A stretch of 64,000 nt of DNA from Lytechinus pictus (taxonomy: Eukaryota), in assembly GCF_037042905.1 (NCBI RefSeq), contig NC_087251.1, positions 33,234,001-33,298,000 on the forward strand. The letters are read 5' to 3'. The notes under the pieces are model-generated. The model was not told where the DNA came from, did not search any database, and worked only from the letters and a program-made list of their open reading frames with translations. Positions 27,395-41,688 of the stretch are shown here, piece after piece. Both the position numbers and the translations under genes were made by a program. How positions within the stretch are numbered: the stretch's first letter is position 1; each line of letters starts with the position of its first letter.

Positions 27395-28449
27395 GTACCA
27401 ATCATTGGGGCTCTATGAAAGCTTTGTATGATGAACGACCAACGTAGCAACTGGTATTGCCTTTGAGATGCAAGATTTAAAAGCTTGCCACGTACTGCTT
27501 AAAAATTGGAATTGGCCGTAATTTTAGCTCTTGCTGTCAGCGTAATATTTTTCCAAATGAAACTTTGCGGTTTATTCTTGTTTTGATCCTTCCCTGCCAT
27601 GTATTATAAAGTGTGCTCTCAATTCTCTCACAATTTTGCCTTTATATGTTTCTTTGAATTGATCCACCATATCTCTGCTTGCATAATTTGTTGATGGTAT
27701 TACTTTTCCATATTTCTCTCTCGACAATCTACCTGTAGATCTGTAGCTTGCAATTCTATTCTATGTCAGCGAACCCTTGATAGCATTTGCATGTGCATTT
27801 GGTCTGCTTGTATCGGGGATCATCAGTATGCAAGGGGCATGCATGAAGATACATATAACCTTACAGGGTTAGCACTTTAATAAGCAAGAAGCAAGGCACA
27901 GCATGACAATCTGCTAAGCTTAATTTTTTTTCAAATGATGTTTAAGATTGCTGGCTAAAGAATAACTTACAATGCAAAAAATGTAAAAAGGTAATGTATC
28001 TACTGCAGGCATAGTGATTTACATGTTGTAGGTTTTTATCACATGCTTAATATATACATGTAGTATTTTACTCTAAAACAATCATTTTATGTAAGTATTC
28101 CATCGGCCATGTAAAACTTACGTAATGGCTAAGCATTTTCTGTTTGAAATAAGCAATAATGGAATTGAATTCCAATTTCATATCTACTGTAGAAAGCAAA
28201 ACGTGAGAAAAGATGGAAGACACAGGAAAATATACATAACAAGACCCTCTTCATGTGACATTTTGTCATTTTCCCCCTTCCGTTGTCTTATTAAATGTAT
28301 TATTGTTTCAGATTTGTCAAATCCAGTGCTATCAAAATTGTTATGGATCAGTATCTATCCTAGGATAAAGCTCTCAAGGAGTGGCATATACTATAATTAA
28401 AAATTGGATTTGGTGCCCCGAGAGGACCACACACACCAAGATGTTAAAT

Positions 28450-28780
28450 CTACACCCCAAAGATTGAACATAACACCAAATAGTGCAAAAGTAGCAACCA
28501 GAGGTGTGGTAATAGCACCCATTGGTGTCGAACTAACACTGTAATTTTAGCACTGGAGTAAAATGACTAATGTGGTCCTCTGTGTACACAAATCAATACA
28601 GAACACTTTTTGCTGTACACCTTAAAGATTGAATACAATAACACCAAAAAGTATAGATGTAACCACCAAAGGTGTTATAATAACACTCATGGGTGTTGAA
28701 CTAACACTGTAAATTTAACACTGGAATAAGATGACTGGTGTGGTCCTTATATAAATCAACACCACAGTTTTTTGCTGTAC
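28450..28780. repeat. Two tandem copies of an about 165-bp unit
   Basis: aaagattgaa...ataacaccaaa...gaactaacactgtaa...gtggtcct...tttttgctgtac occurs twice. Confidence 0.75.
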
Positions 28781-31187
28781 TCTTATTATTGATTCCAGAA
28801 ATCGGCCTGCTCTTTACTTGATTTACATATGTACACTTTATAGATAGCAGATTATGCAATCTTTAGCTTACGGTATACCATAGTTGACGTTGATATATAC
28901 AGTATTGATCACAGCTTTTGTAATACATTGTCCTGGTGAGCATAATATGTGTAACACAAAGATTAGCAATCATATGCGCATTTAATTCAAAATACTGACC
29001 AGGTAACCAATCAGCAGTGTCTGTATTTGATATTCATTGCTAAGGTTTGTGTTACGGGTCCCTGATCTTAAAATGGTGTACAAATAGCAAATAGGCATGA
29101 GTGTGATGGTGCGACATTTCGCATGAGGTGAAAGAAAGAAAGATGCTCTATAATGAGGTGTTAGCTGAGTCGAATAGAGTATCTTTCACCGAATGTGAAA
29201 TGTCGCACTATTGCACAAATAAGAATATTTGCTATTTGTGTTGTAAAATGCCTCGGAAGGGAAAAATATGAACAATAATGAAAATAAGAGAATTTTTTTT
29301 TTTAAAGTCCCTCAAACGTGCATTGGATCTGCAATGACTATGCGCATATAGCCAGTAAACCCTGTGCATCTGCATTTACTATAAAAAGCGCATGCAATGC
29401 GTCGAATCCTATTTTTTATAGTGACATCACCCTTTCTTGACCCGTGCAAAGGTACATTATGGACGGTACATTTTGGATGGTACGTGTTCAATGGTGCAAA
29501 TGTTTAACATTCAGCCTCCCATTTGCTTGCGTACAACAAGCTAAGTAAGCGTTGTACATACAATACATAATAAATCAGCGAGATAGCCTCACTGCTATAA
29601 CCTTGTTTACAAATTGTTTATGTTCATCAAATCATGGAGGCATATGAAAGTTGATAGGATTACTAGTTATCAGAGACATGGTGAGGGAGATGTAGGATTT
29701 CCGAACTAAGCTATTCATTCAAAATTGCATTTTTGTTGGCCATACATGTAGGTAATAACTCTATGAAGCCATATGTGGCACTGTTCTTCTGATTGTAAAG
29801 CCTTTGGTAAATACATTTATCTGAGTAAACATGCAAGCGTAACTAAGTATATTTGTTTTGATTTATATATTGATACTACAGTTTTATTGATATGATAGTG
29901 TAGTTTAATGATATAAGCAGAAACTATGATTTTAGTGATATAATTGATAGGTCTCATTGTTTATCTTTGTTGTAAAAAGTTTATTACAATAAAATTCATA
30001 TGGAACCTAATTAGGGTATTTCAAGAATTTGAACCATGCAAAACGAAAAAATGGGTCGTAAATTTCAATGCTTTCAAGAGCCAAGATTATGTTGAATTGT
30101 CTATTTTTTCACAAATTTTCACCATCATGCATGTTCACATGTAATTGTATTGTGTTTAATAAAAGGGTCGGCTCTTTTATAATTAAAGAAAATGACATGG
30201 GTTATCAAACCACTCTTCAGTATATACATACGCAAAAGACGCAAAAGACATTGAAAGCCATATGTTTATCATGTACATCTTTTCCAGCAGCAACATTCTA
30301 TCGCACCCTGTTCCGGTGAATCTAGAAAAGAAACCCTAGATTATGCCTGTGCGTGGGCCGATCGACCACTCTGAATTCACACACCTTAAGATATGATTCT
30401 ATTGCTTGTAAGGTCGGTTAGAAACCAGTATATGGGGTAGGGCTGTTTTGCAGCCATTGCAGGGAAGGTACTTCACCCTGCGGGGGTTCGCTGGGACATG
30501 TAGACCAATTGGTGTGATCGATCGTTTGCTTAATTCCCCGGGTGTGGAATTAATATCCGTTTTTGTGTGCTCATCGGGTGATGCAGAAAGCAAGATACTT
30601 TAATCACCCCGCCGAGTCATCCTGGATCTGATTTCTGTTAAATATATATATTTTTTGTAAAGAATGGAGAAAGCAACAAATTTTAATCACCCCGGCGAGC
30701 CATACTGGCTCTGATGTCAGTAAAATGCATATATTTTTATAAAATGGAGAGAGTTAGATGTAATGCGTAAGATGGGGATAAGTGTCACTCTGGGATGTAA
30801 TATTAATTATCGATCTGCATGTGTGGAGAAATTAATTGTGGATATTTTATGCACTTGCATCCGTCCATGTTATAAAGTGTATCATTTGTGCAAACATAGG
30901 CCTACTTTTGCTCAGCTGGTCAAATAAGTGGAGGTGGCTTTGTAGATTTCATTGAAAAAAATAGATTACATCAGAAATTATTTCATACACTGCATTTCAA
31001 CAGGCTGTCAGTATTCTGTAAAATGATGATTTATAGTCACAACAATAATTTCAGAAGGATATTATATAGATGAATTAGGATGAGCTGTTTATATTGGTTT
31101 GTAATGTATCCTTTTATGGTCTTATATTTGCATGTTCGAGGTCAAATTCACCTACAGGTATGAATGAGAGTAGTTTGATGATATCAT

Positions 31188-31498
31188 GGCCCGTATTCTG
31201 AAGTCGGGTTTAACTTACACTCAGGTTTAAAGTTGTGGTTTAAGTATGGATAGCCAATTGTTACATAAATCACTAATGGTAGAGATATCATATTTCAGCT
31301 CATTTGGCTCTCAAATCATTCATAATTGTCTAGGAAGTATAAATAGATGATTGTCTTCACCACCCATGAATCAGGAAAGAGCAAAGTAAACAAAAGAAAC
31401 ATACAACTTAATAAAAATTTTGACACATTTGGCTTCCCATAATTTTAGCACAGAGTTAGACCATGGTCTAAGTTAAACCTGACTTCAGAATACGGGCC
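31188..31498 (+). mobile_element. GGCCCGTATTCTGAA-TIR MITE
   Basis: ggcccgtattctgaagtc...gacttcagaatacgggcc, flanked by at/at. Confidence 0.85.
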
Positions 31499-34400
31499 AT
31501 GACATGTGCACAGTACACATGCTTGCATACATAGATGCAACTCTCTATACTCCACACACAGTGAAAATATATTCATCATATTTTATTGATCTGTTGGTAA
31601 TTATCACCGCTACAATCACTCTGTTGTGGGATTATTGAATGGCTTTACCAAGTGCAGGTGGATTTGAAAAGATGGTACACGTAACTGGAAAATACAACCT
31701 GGGTCTTTATTTTTCATGCAGTTAATGGTATTACTAGAAATCTGAATCACAAGATAGTAAATTAAGCCTTTTGAATTGAGTCGATATATATCTTTTTCAT
31801 TGTCTTAGATTGATTAACCCAATTACACATGATTAGACTCACCAAAAAATCTTTGTTAGCATATAAATTATTAATCATATTCAAATATAATTACATTGAT
31901 TACCTGTATATGTGGAAATTATGAAAGATGTTTGGGAATTCCATTGACAGGCAAGAAAGATAAATATCAAAATTGGCAGCTACTGTACCCTGTGCATGTT
32001 CATTTTGAAATTTGTTACTTGATGATTTGCTACTGAAATTATTTTTAAAACAAAAATAGAGATCTTTAGATGATATGAACTGAGCAACTATTCAATTAGG
32101 TGTGCTTATGTTCATGTGATCTAATGTGAAGAAATTAAACATTCTGCTGTATGCGGTTTACTGTATAGTGAGTAATTTTTCTGGCACTCAAACAAAAGGT
32201 TAATGGTTTTAATCTTATCTTGGCCCAAAGGTCTGTCATTAATGAGTCGAATTATGAAAGGTAAACAAAACATCTGACAACATTTTGTAGATTTACTTTA
32301 CGTGGAAGATTTGGAAATTGATGATCTGGGAAGAATTTCACAAAGAGTTTTGCCAGTGGTTTTCATTCACTAATGTGCTCTCGACCAATCAGATGCAAGG
32401 ATTTCCAATAGCTTATAACGTCTGTCAGTGGAAATCAATAAAAAAAAATCATGAAATGCTCCCCTGTACTCTAGCTACTTGCCTTGACTGTTCCATGCAG
32501 AAAGGTATTGGCATATATGTAATTTTGCATTCAAGCTGTCATAATGAGAATTCATAATACAACCACTCGACCATTTCAAACAGAATCAATTTTGTAGTTT
32601 ATTTTCAATAATGAAGCAGCCATATACTAGTGATTACATGCTCATTGTGTTGTAGCCAGCGCTGGTTTCCTGTCAAATTTATCAATTCTGTCTCTCCCTT
32701 TTCACAGCTTGTTCAGCAGTATTAATTAGATGAATTCACCTGCGATAGTGTGCACGTCACTACAGTTTACATGTTGTAATGAGGTGAAGTTACAATGGAG
32801 TCCAATACATGTACAGTACATGGTAGAGCTGTGTAGGAGTGGTCCATATGACTGAGATTTTAATTTCAAAGTGCTGTGATTTTTAGATCATTTTAATATT
32901 TTCCATGAAGGAGGTAATAGTAATTGAAAATTTTGCAAATGTTATGCTACGGTCGCAAATACTGTACCCTTACCCACACCGTACTAATGATTTTTATACA
33001 TGTATAGCAATATGGTTTGTACTGTGTTCGTTAAGATATATGTGACCGTAGCATTAGACAGAGAGTGAATTAATGTCCAGCTATTGGGAATTTACTAAAC
33101 TGTACAAAAGACAAAAGTATGCAAACAGTTATAGTTAATGATTTTTTTTTTTTTTATTTGTCCAACTCTTTGGTAAATAAATGATACAACCTGTACATGA
33201 AAAAGTGCTGAAGAATTGCAGAATTTCACATTTCAAGTAATGCTTTGTAGATGATTTGACTCTCCTAATCATTTTTTTGAAATTACATCAGAGGTGCAAA
33301 ACATGGACTTGAAATGTTTAACTATCCAGTATTATATACTGTCAAATGAAAATAGCATGAGATACATAGACATGGAGCCGCAGTTAAAAAAAACCAAATG
33401 TACACAAATGTCTATTTCTACATGTATGCGAGTAGTAAACCTAGCCGGGAGCCATTAACAGATGCGTGAGAAGAGGGTTCTAATTTGCTCTGAAGCCTTA
33501 ATTGGATCAATGGGTTGTTGAGGGTGTATGGCCTTAGCGCCTTCCATTAGCTATGTATTCTGTTGCATATAGGATGCGGCAATGGATCATGGCTGCGAAT
33601 AGGGGTTTTTATGGCGGCACCTGCTGTCTTGACGTTTAATTTGCATTTTAAATTAAAGAATTAGATCGCGATAATTCCTTGGGGTGTTAGATTACATGTA
33701 GAGTCTGGCTGCGGAAGGGTGCTTATCATGTACATGTATGTAGGCAACTACTTGTATGTTGTGAAGTGCTTGATTTTGAAAAATTATAGAAGCAATTTAT
33801 ATGACTGATATGTATTCTTCTGCTGAATGGCAGAGATCAAGTAAAAAAAAATGAAATGCTCAAAAGAATCCTCAGAATTCCCCATTCACTATTAAAGGGT
33901 GATAGCTTTTCCAATGTTGCATATCTATTATAGGCAATCATTGTGAAAAATAGCCCCCCCCCCCCCAATTTTTTTTTTACATTTATGCCTTCAGTTATTT
34001 GACTAATGTCTCAGGATTAGCACATAAAGTATTTGTCTCAAGAAGGTAACTTGCCTGCATGTATTATGAAACGCATGACCTCTTGATGACTAAAATTCTA
34101 TGATGTAATCTTTCCCTAGATGATAATAAAAGATTATTTCATTGGTATAGAGAAAGAATGTGCGAATCATACCTAATTTTTCTATACAAATTGAATAATC
34201 TATTTTTGATTAATTAACAGATTAATATCAAAATGCAAAAAGAGCTCATGTCATAATGATTTCTTGCATCAAACATTCATTCAATGTTGGGTTTATATTT
34301 CATTTACATGTAGAAAATCATACGTTTGATTTTATACATGTTTGTCACATTTTTTTAATCTGTCAAAATAAGATACACTTTCACTTTCTAATCATTTATC

Positions 34401-34847
34401 CATGATTTATGGCATATATGCTTTCTCATTATGTCAACAAAGAAGTACATTCAATCTCATGTGATCTCATTGTTCATGAATCATAAACATCGTATTCTTG
34501 TCTAATTTCCTGTTAGAAGTGAACTTCAGATCCCATTAAATTTAGATACATGTTTAATAGTTATGTTACTTGCAATATTCTGAAACAGCTCACCTTTCAA
34601 ATGGTACCTCATCAAAATTCAAGGAATTGATGAGACTTAATGAATAAATCATCTTCAAAATCATATATTTTCAGCCAATTTTAAGTATACTAGTGCTTTT
34701 ATCATATATTTTATTTTTCACTTCTGTTTGCTTGAATATTTAATGCAATTTCATATCTTAAGTAGATGAAGAATAGATTTTGCTTGACATAAACCATACT
34801 CAACCATGTACATTATAACCAATACTACCTAATGCAATATTTAACTG

Positions 34848-35087
34848 TGCCCCGTCTTCTAAAGAGTCACGATTGATCTGATCAATCGCAACTATGGACA
34901 GCCAGCAATGTCAACATGTATTATACATGTTTGTTCAAAATATGTATATTCATGCATTCACTGTTTTCTTGAAAATTCATTGTGCTTCTCTTTGTTTACA
35001 AAGGACATTGTGCCAATCTCCTACAGAAAAAATTAAAGTCATGATTGATTGGATCAATCGTAACTCTTTGTATTAAAAGACGGGGCT
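34848..35087. mobile_element. gccccgtctt...aagacggggc MITE family copy
   Basis: TIRs; related copies at about 19441, 38765-38946 and 44372-46376 (split). Confidence 0.7.
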
Positions 35088-35810
35088 TTGCTTTTTCACT
35101 GACCCTTGTCTGGGTTATTACATGCATAAGGCTCAGTGTGTTCAGTTGCTGTAAATTTGCATTTTAAGATTGAAATTTTACTACACTAACTTTATTTGCT
35201 CTATTTTATTTCTATAATGATAATGCTGTATGACGGAAATTAAGATTATTCTCTGTGCTTAAATACTATCAGTATGATAATCCTCATTGCATTCTCATGC
35301 CATAGACATATCAGCAAAACCAATTTCAGACTGATCAAATTCATTATTTTCATTGATGAGATCTTTAGCAATCGTGACATTGGTCGATTTGGAGACAGCT
35401 GTGTTGTTGCTGCTATTGTAATATTGGGCAGACTGAAGAATACTTAATAATTTCATATGAAATCTTGAGATGATCTTCATTGTATTAAAGTGTATCTTTG
35501 GCCTTGCTTGCAGTGACATTTAAAAAAAATGTTAATATCTGGTAATTGCATGGGGAAACTGAAAGTTAATAAAATCTACCTTGCCTTCTATGTGTACTTG
35601 TACATCTACTGTACCTGTAACTTTACTACTGCTCGTAAATTGTGAAAACTATCATCTTTCATGCCCTGTGCAATTAATCACAGTGCAAAATAACTATTTT
35701 TTCAGCTCTCAGTGAAAATTGCCTTTTTCCAGAAGAGAAACGCATAATTTTAATAACATGTATTTTCAATATATTGAAAGAGCTTTATGATCTCCTTATT
35801 TTTCATTCAG

Positions 35811-35913
35811 ATGGACAAGCATGTTCTATGGGGATCATAGCTCCCAGGGGAAGTCTAAGAATGTCAACGCTGACGATGGGGTAGCAGACCATCCACCTCA
35901 TTCTCGCGCGTCG
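35811..35913 (+). CDS. TMEM63: TMEM63 coding exon 3 (RWTSMFYGDHSSQGK...SRAS)
   Basis: tttcattcag acceptor, gtgagt donor; phase 2 in, phase 0 out matches exons 2 and 4. Confidence 0.8.
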
Positions 35914-38227
35914 GTGAGTAGCAAATATCAAATATATAAATTGGATGGTGCAGAATGGATTACCAAGAATACTCCAAGAGTTAGGGTATATTGCATGAAT
36001 TGTTGATGAGGGGAATATTGCATGAATCATAGATGGGTGCAATATTGGCGCTAATGAGTGGAATATTTCTGGAATTCCATGAGAAAAACCATCCAATATA
36101 TTGTTATAATCTTTAATGATCATTCTTCGTAAGATTGTGCAATAGAGCATATTTTATGCACAGCAAGTTTTGCACATAAGACCATGTTGAATTTGACAGT
36201 CTTTGGCGCATCATGCGAAGCGCTCAGAAATTGAAATGAAAGTGGAACACTACTGAGTCATACTTTGAAGTGATATGTTTTTTATTGTTATTTATTATTA
36301 ATGGGATAATTCTGTATGAAAAAATCATGAAAGTTGGGTTTCTTTTTTATTGAGATAAAGAAAGATAGGATGCTGATAAACAAATTAATTCTTTGAGAAA
36401 GGGGGCAATGTAAAAACCATCAATTTGCTAGTCAATTTAGCTCCGAATCTCAAGATTGCTCATGCAATTACATCAATGCGCAAATGAAATTTACAATAGG
36501 TTCTGATAATTATCTTCGAATACACCCCAAGATTTTAAACACGAGTCTGACTTTTGTAAAAATATCTTCTATTCGCTATTTTTCATTCCCCTATTAGTTG
36601 ATATTTACTATATCCGGAATCTATGTTAAAAGTTGTAAGCAATATGGTATGAGGCCAAATTTAACTCAATGGGAGACTGAGCCCACATAAATCTGTGCGG
36701 GCTGGAGTTAATGGAAAACTTACTATAGCAAAATCATTAATGAACTACCTTGGGTCTGCATCACATTGTATGCAACCTATATGTCTGAATATGGGTCTTG
36801 GTCTGCATCACAGTGTATACATGCATATGTACAAATCCTATGGGTTTTGGTTTGCGGCAGTTCTTTGCTCAACTGAACGTAAAGCCCTTCCCTCCACATG
36901 AAACATGAACAGACATTATTTACATTTCCTGACACACTTTCATTTCCGTCGAGCAAAGATACTTCAAGGGAAAGATCAGACACTTCGGCAAGTTTTTGAA
37001 ACGCTCGCATAATGCTCATGGGGTAGGGCGCCCACTAGCATTGAGTAAGTAAGCATTCGCACATTGGTACGCTGCTGTGTATAAAACACGGGGAAAATGA
37101 GAGAGGGGATTTTGGAGAGGGCTCAAGGGCAGTGTACGGGAATAATTCCACCTTTTATTACCCAGAAAACTCAGAAATATATCCATCTTTAATTCAAGAA
37201 AAGAAAATTGAATAAAAAAAATTATAAAAAACCATTTCTCTCATGTTTTGTACACGACCAGATTGCAATACGCAAAGGTCAGAAAAGGTTGTTACTTACT
37301 CAACGCTGTAGGGCGCTCTTCCCGAGCATTTCATTGCGCGCTCTATGTAGTGTCCGATCTTCCTCTTGTAGTATCTTTGCTTCAAAGAGCTGGGACCCTG
37401 TAACATAAACCTTGGCGATTGATCGTTTGACTGATTTTTACAATTTATTCCATTGGTTATGGTGTATGATTAGTCGTGAAAACGAGCCCCTCAATTAATT
37501 GCTAAGGCTTATGTCACTGGGACCAGACCGCCATTGCTCTTGTATACCCCAAGTCCATGTGCTATCTCATTCATACAGGCACGGTGTAATCTAGTCAAAT
37601 GATGGCCTCCCGAATTTCCACACCTCGCATCTACATCCTCTCCAATCTATTACCCCTGGGCATGGACATGGCATCCTGGGAATGAAAACCGTAAAAGTAA
37701 CATCAGAGAATGACCGAAATACTAAATGTCATTTTCATCCATCTTCCAAGAAGCTTGCATGAATTAACACCCACAAGTGGATTAAAGATGCATATACTGT
37801 CTTTAATTCTGTAGCCATGATGCGAAATCTGTCTTTATTGAGTGGGGAGGGGGCCGTTAGAAATACATGTGGGTCAATGATGTTAACTGAGCTGCCAACT
37901 GTTGCGTTTTTGCCCAGAATTATTATGCTTTTTTCAACAAATTTTGCATTATTATTTTTAAATGTAAATTATTTCTTTAAAAAAATATGTACAAATTTTC
38001 TTGAGTGAAATAGAGCCAGTTTCCATATTTGTATACAACCATTGCTGCATGTTGGAAACAAAACCAATGTCATACTAGAATCTATCTGAATAGAGCCTAG
38101 AGGTAATAAATCTGTAAACATACATACCCCAAAAATTCTTACAATGCAGTGTAACACTGATTTGTCTTACTTATATTGAGTTTATTAATATTCCTCATAC
38201 TTTCATATTTGTTTGATTTCTATACAG

Positions 38228-38265
38228 GGATTATGTGACTGGATCCCAGCCATATTTAGAATCAA
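38228..38265 (+). CDS. TMEM63: TMEM63 coding exon 4 (GLCDWIPAIFRIK), 38 nt
   Basis: tatacag acceptor, gtaagt donor; resembles the G-x-x-x-W-x-x-AIFR segment of TMEM63. Confidence 0.88.
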
Positions 38266-38956
38266 GTAAGTGTATTTGGAACACATTTTAACCCATTCCC
38301 CCAGGTATTTTTTTCCTGATCGGGGTGGTGTGAAAGCACAAATAAACAATTTATAACTGAGAATATATTATCGGTTTGAATCATGCTGCCTTTAATATCA
38401 CATATGTTGCCAAAATTCTGCTTGTTTTCTTACCCCAGTTTATAAAAGAATATCTAGAGCATTGTTTCCTGTTATTGGTTGTTTATATGAAGGTATGAAA
38501 TGTGGTGGTGGGGGGGGGGGCGGGGGTTCAGGGCAATAAGGGCTGACTCTCGGGAGAAATAGGAGAGGAGGTATATAGGAGCTGAGGCATAATAATTAAG
38601 GCTCACTTTATAGAAATAGAAGTATGAAAATAAATTGTAGGGTAAATATGTAAGAATATAAATCCAGATGCTTTGAATACTTTGATCATAATGTGATGCT
38701 ATCTTGTAAATCTTTTTTGGTCATACACATGTACCTTGTCTTATACTGTGTGATCATATACGTGTCCTGTATTATAAAGAGTTACAATTGATTCAATCAT
38801 TTGCAACTATGGAAAGCTATTGTCCTGACAATTACTTGTATAAAGTGTGCTCCTCCTTGTCTCCATGCACATTAACTTTGTTTTTATGATGAATTTCCAT
38901 AATAGTGATGATAAGATCAGTCGCAAATCTTTGTAAGACAGGGCCCTGTAGTTCTA

Positions 38957-39140
38957 GTGGGTTTTTCATAAAGCTGTTCATAAGTTAAGAGTGACTTTGA
39001 GAACGACTGGTGATCCTTTCTTGTGGTAAATGATGTTCACCATTATATGTTTATTGGTGTTTATTTAGCATGTAAGAAAGGATCACCAGTCGTTCTAAAG
39101 TCACTCTTAACTTGCGAACAGCTTTATGACACAGTCACCT
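38957..39140. mobile_element. Palindromic about 180-bp MITE
   Basis: Copy of 24495-24680. Confidence 0.7.
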
Positions 39141-39282
39141 GATTTCCAGTCTAAAACCTCCAACCAGGAAAGGATATTTCCAGAAATCACATCTCCAGGC
39201 TTCCCTTGTTCCTTGACCATTTTCTCAAGCTTTTTACCTTTTCACTTGGACATCATCCCTTGTCTTCTCACTCCCGTCTCAG

Positions 39283-39474
39283 GGATGCAGATATCAGGAG
39301 CAACTCCGGGACGGATGCGGTCCAGTACCTCCAGTTCCAACGCTACCTGATCATCCTGATGATCATCATCACCTTCCTCAGTCTAGTGGTCATCCTCCCT
39401 ATCAACTTCAGTGGCAGCCAGGAGCTTGGAACAAACAACTTTGGTCGCACCACCATCACCAATATCCCTAACAA
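39283..39474 (+). CDS. TMEM63: TMEM63 coding exon 5 (DADIRSNSGTDAVQYLQFQRY...LPINFSG...FGRTTITNIPN)
   Basis: Inside ORF 39206..39550; ag/gtatgt boundaries; conserved CSC1 motifs. Confidence 0.95.
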
Positions 39475-40148
39475 GTATGTCCATATACAAATAGTGCACA
39501 TCACTGGGGGCATACGATTAGTAAGAATTACACACACGAGGTACCTGTGAACAGTTCTAACATGCTCAAGGCAAAGCCAAGGGCGTTGGGACTGTTGTAG
39601 AGGTAACAAGTGTGTGTAATTATCCAATAAAATCCATTACCAGTCAATGGAAGTAGTAGTCATTAGTACCAGTGATTAGCAAAAAGTATCACTTATGCAT
39701 AAATTAGCACAATTTATTATTTTGTAAAAAAATAACCATACAGCCATGCATATTACATCCCACACTACCATTTTTCCAAATTTTTACAGTGCTTGCATGA
39801 TCCCAAGGGGGTGATTTACCCCCCCCCCCCCCCAACCACAGAATCCGAAATAAGCCCGGCCTGGTTAGCAAGGCAAGCAGTTATTTGAGAGAACATTCAT
39901 GGAGTGGAGTATGCTCTTGAAGATCTTTGCTGGAATGCCTCCAGGGTATGGAGAAAGTGCTTGGATAAAGTGCTTACAATGTGTTTGGGCATTCTATAAT
40001 TCGATGACTGGGGTTATATCTGTGAATTGCTATTTACGACCAATGTATTACACCATATGTAATAGCAGATTATTATTTTTCTTGTTTGACCAAAAGTTTA
40101 CATGATCTTAATATGACTCTGCTTGAAAATTCGTTCCTTGTCTTCCAG

Positions 40149-40260
40149 AGATAGCAAGTTATGGGCGCACACCATCTTCTGCATGCTGTATTTCTTGATA
40201 GTGATTCTCTTCATGCGTCACTTCTCCATGCATCTGCCCTACAGGTCAGAGACAGACACG
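40149..40260 (+). CDS. TMEM63: TMEM63 coding exon 6 (DSKLWAHTIFCMLYFLIVILFMRHF...ETDT)
   Basis: tcttccag acceptor, gtaagt donor, LWAH and FMRH motifs. Confidence 0.92.
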
Positions 40261-41356
40261 GTAAGTACACATCTTGAGATCATTGACCATCCCAGAGGCT
40301 AGGCTGGAAAGGAATTTCTCAAGTGTTTTCAAGGCTCTACAGTTGTTCTTGCTAAGAGCAATATCACATAAAAATTTGGGCTTAGCCCTCGGGATTGTTT
40401 CATGAAAAATTGTATCATTGAATTTCACATGTTGGTCAACATATCCTTCATTCATTTTTTTTGTCTCCACTCTGTAGTGTGCTAGAGGCAACGTATTTAG
40501 CGTTGTTGCTTGAAAGGAATTTCTCAAGTGTTTTCAAGGCTTCACAATTGTATTTGCTAAGATATATATTATATATTAAAATATCTGCAGAATCGTAGTC
40601 TCCAGTTCCATGTTGGGTAGCATAACCTTAAATTTGTTGTTGTCTCCATCACATAGTTTGCTGTAGGCACCATATTTGTTGCTTGAAAAGAATTTCTAAA
40701 GTGCTATTAAGGATTTTAAATAGTTTTGGGTTACAACATTGCTAGCCTAAGATTTACTTTACTGTATTTTGCTTTCAATTTTTTTCTTGAAATTTTGTTT
40801 AGTGGTTTTAGAAATATGTTTCAGTGTCCTGAAGTATGCTAGAGGTTGCTGCTTGAAGTTATAGGCCTATCTGAAATGTTCTCATAGATTCACAATTGCT
40901 CTCACTGGTAGCAGTTTCATGTAAAATTATCGCTCACTGTGAATTTATATTAATATTCTGCAAAATGTTCAAATTCACTATTATGTCTCTGCCTTGAAAG
41001 ATGTTAGGGACGTCATGTTTTGGGGTTATTCTGGTAAGGTCTGAAGTGTTAATTTACTTCACAATTGTTTATCATGTGAAACAGTGTTACTATAAATTGT
41101 AAACCAAAGTTTGGCAACAGTTATTTTTCTTTTTTATGCCTCCGCTCTGAATTATGTATCATGTATTTTTCTTATTTGGAGAGTACTGTCCAAAATAATC
41201 CTTTACAATTCTGTTAAACATTGTTTTTGGTGGGTTTTTTTTCTTCATATAAATCTGTCAAATCATAATAATACTTTAATAATTGGGTGTACAACTCTGG
41301 ATTTGATGACATCATGTGCGATGGATATTACTTTTCAGCACTGTATAATGCAGTGT

Positions 41357-41570
41357 AGAGGTGTTGTGGCTCAGTGGGTAAGTCTCTTTTACTTTGAATT
41401 AAAGGTCCGTGGTTCAAGCACTCACGTTGGCAAGGCATGGAACAAGATTTGCCACTCTCCACTCAGGTTTAGTAAATGGGTACCTGGTAGGAAGGAATTC
41501 TCTTAAATGCATGAGTGCCTGATCAGGGTAACCTGGCTAAAGTTGAGGTAATAGTTCAGAGTGCTCACTA
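41357..41570 (+). mobile_element. Degenerate tRNA-derived SINE
   Basis: tggctcagtgg A-box, ggttcaagc B-box, aaatgggtacc core. Confidence 0.6.
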
Positions 41571-41614
41571 ATGATATATTAGAATATTACATATCATTTT
41601 AAATTGTTTTTCAG

Positions 41615-41688
41615 GTGTCTTGTACTCTTTTAGTGTCCGGTATACCCCTAGAGAGGACAGATCCTGCACTTATCAAACAACATTTCCA
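41615..41688 (+). CDS. TMEM63: TMEM63 coding exon 7 (VSCTLLVSGIPLERTDPALIKQHFQ)
   Basis: tttttcag acceptor, gtaagt donor, TLLVSGIP motif. Confidence 0.92.
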
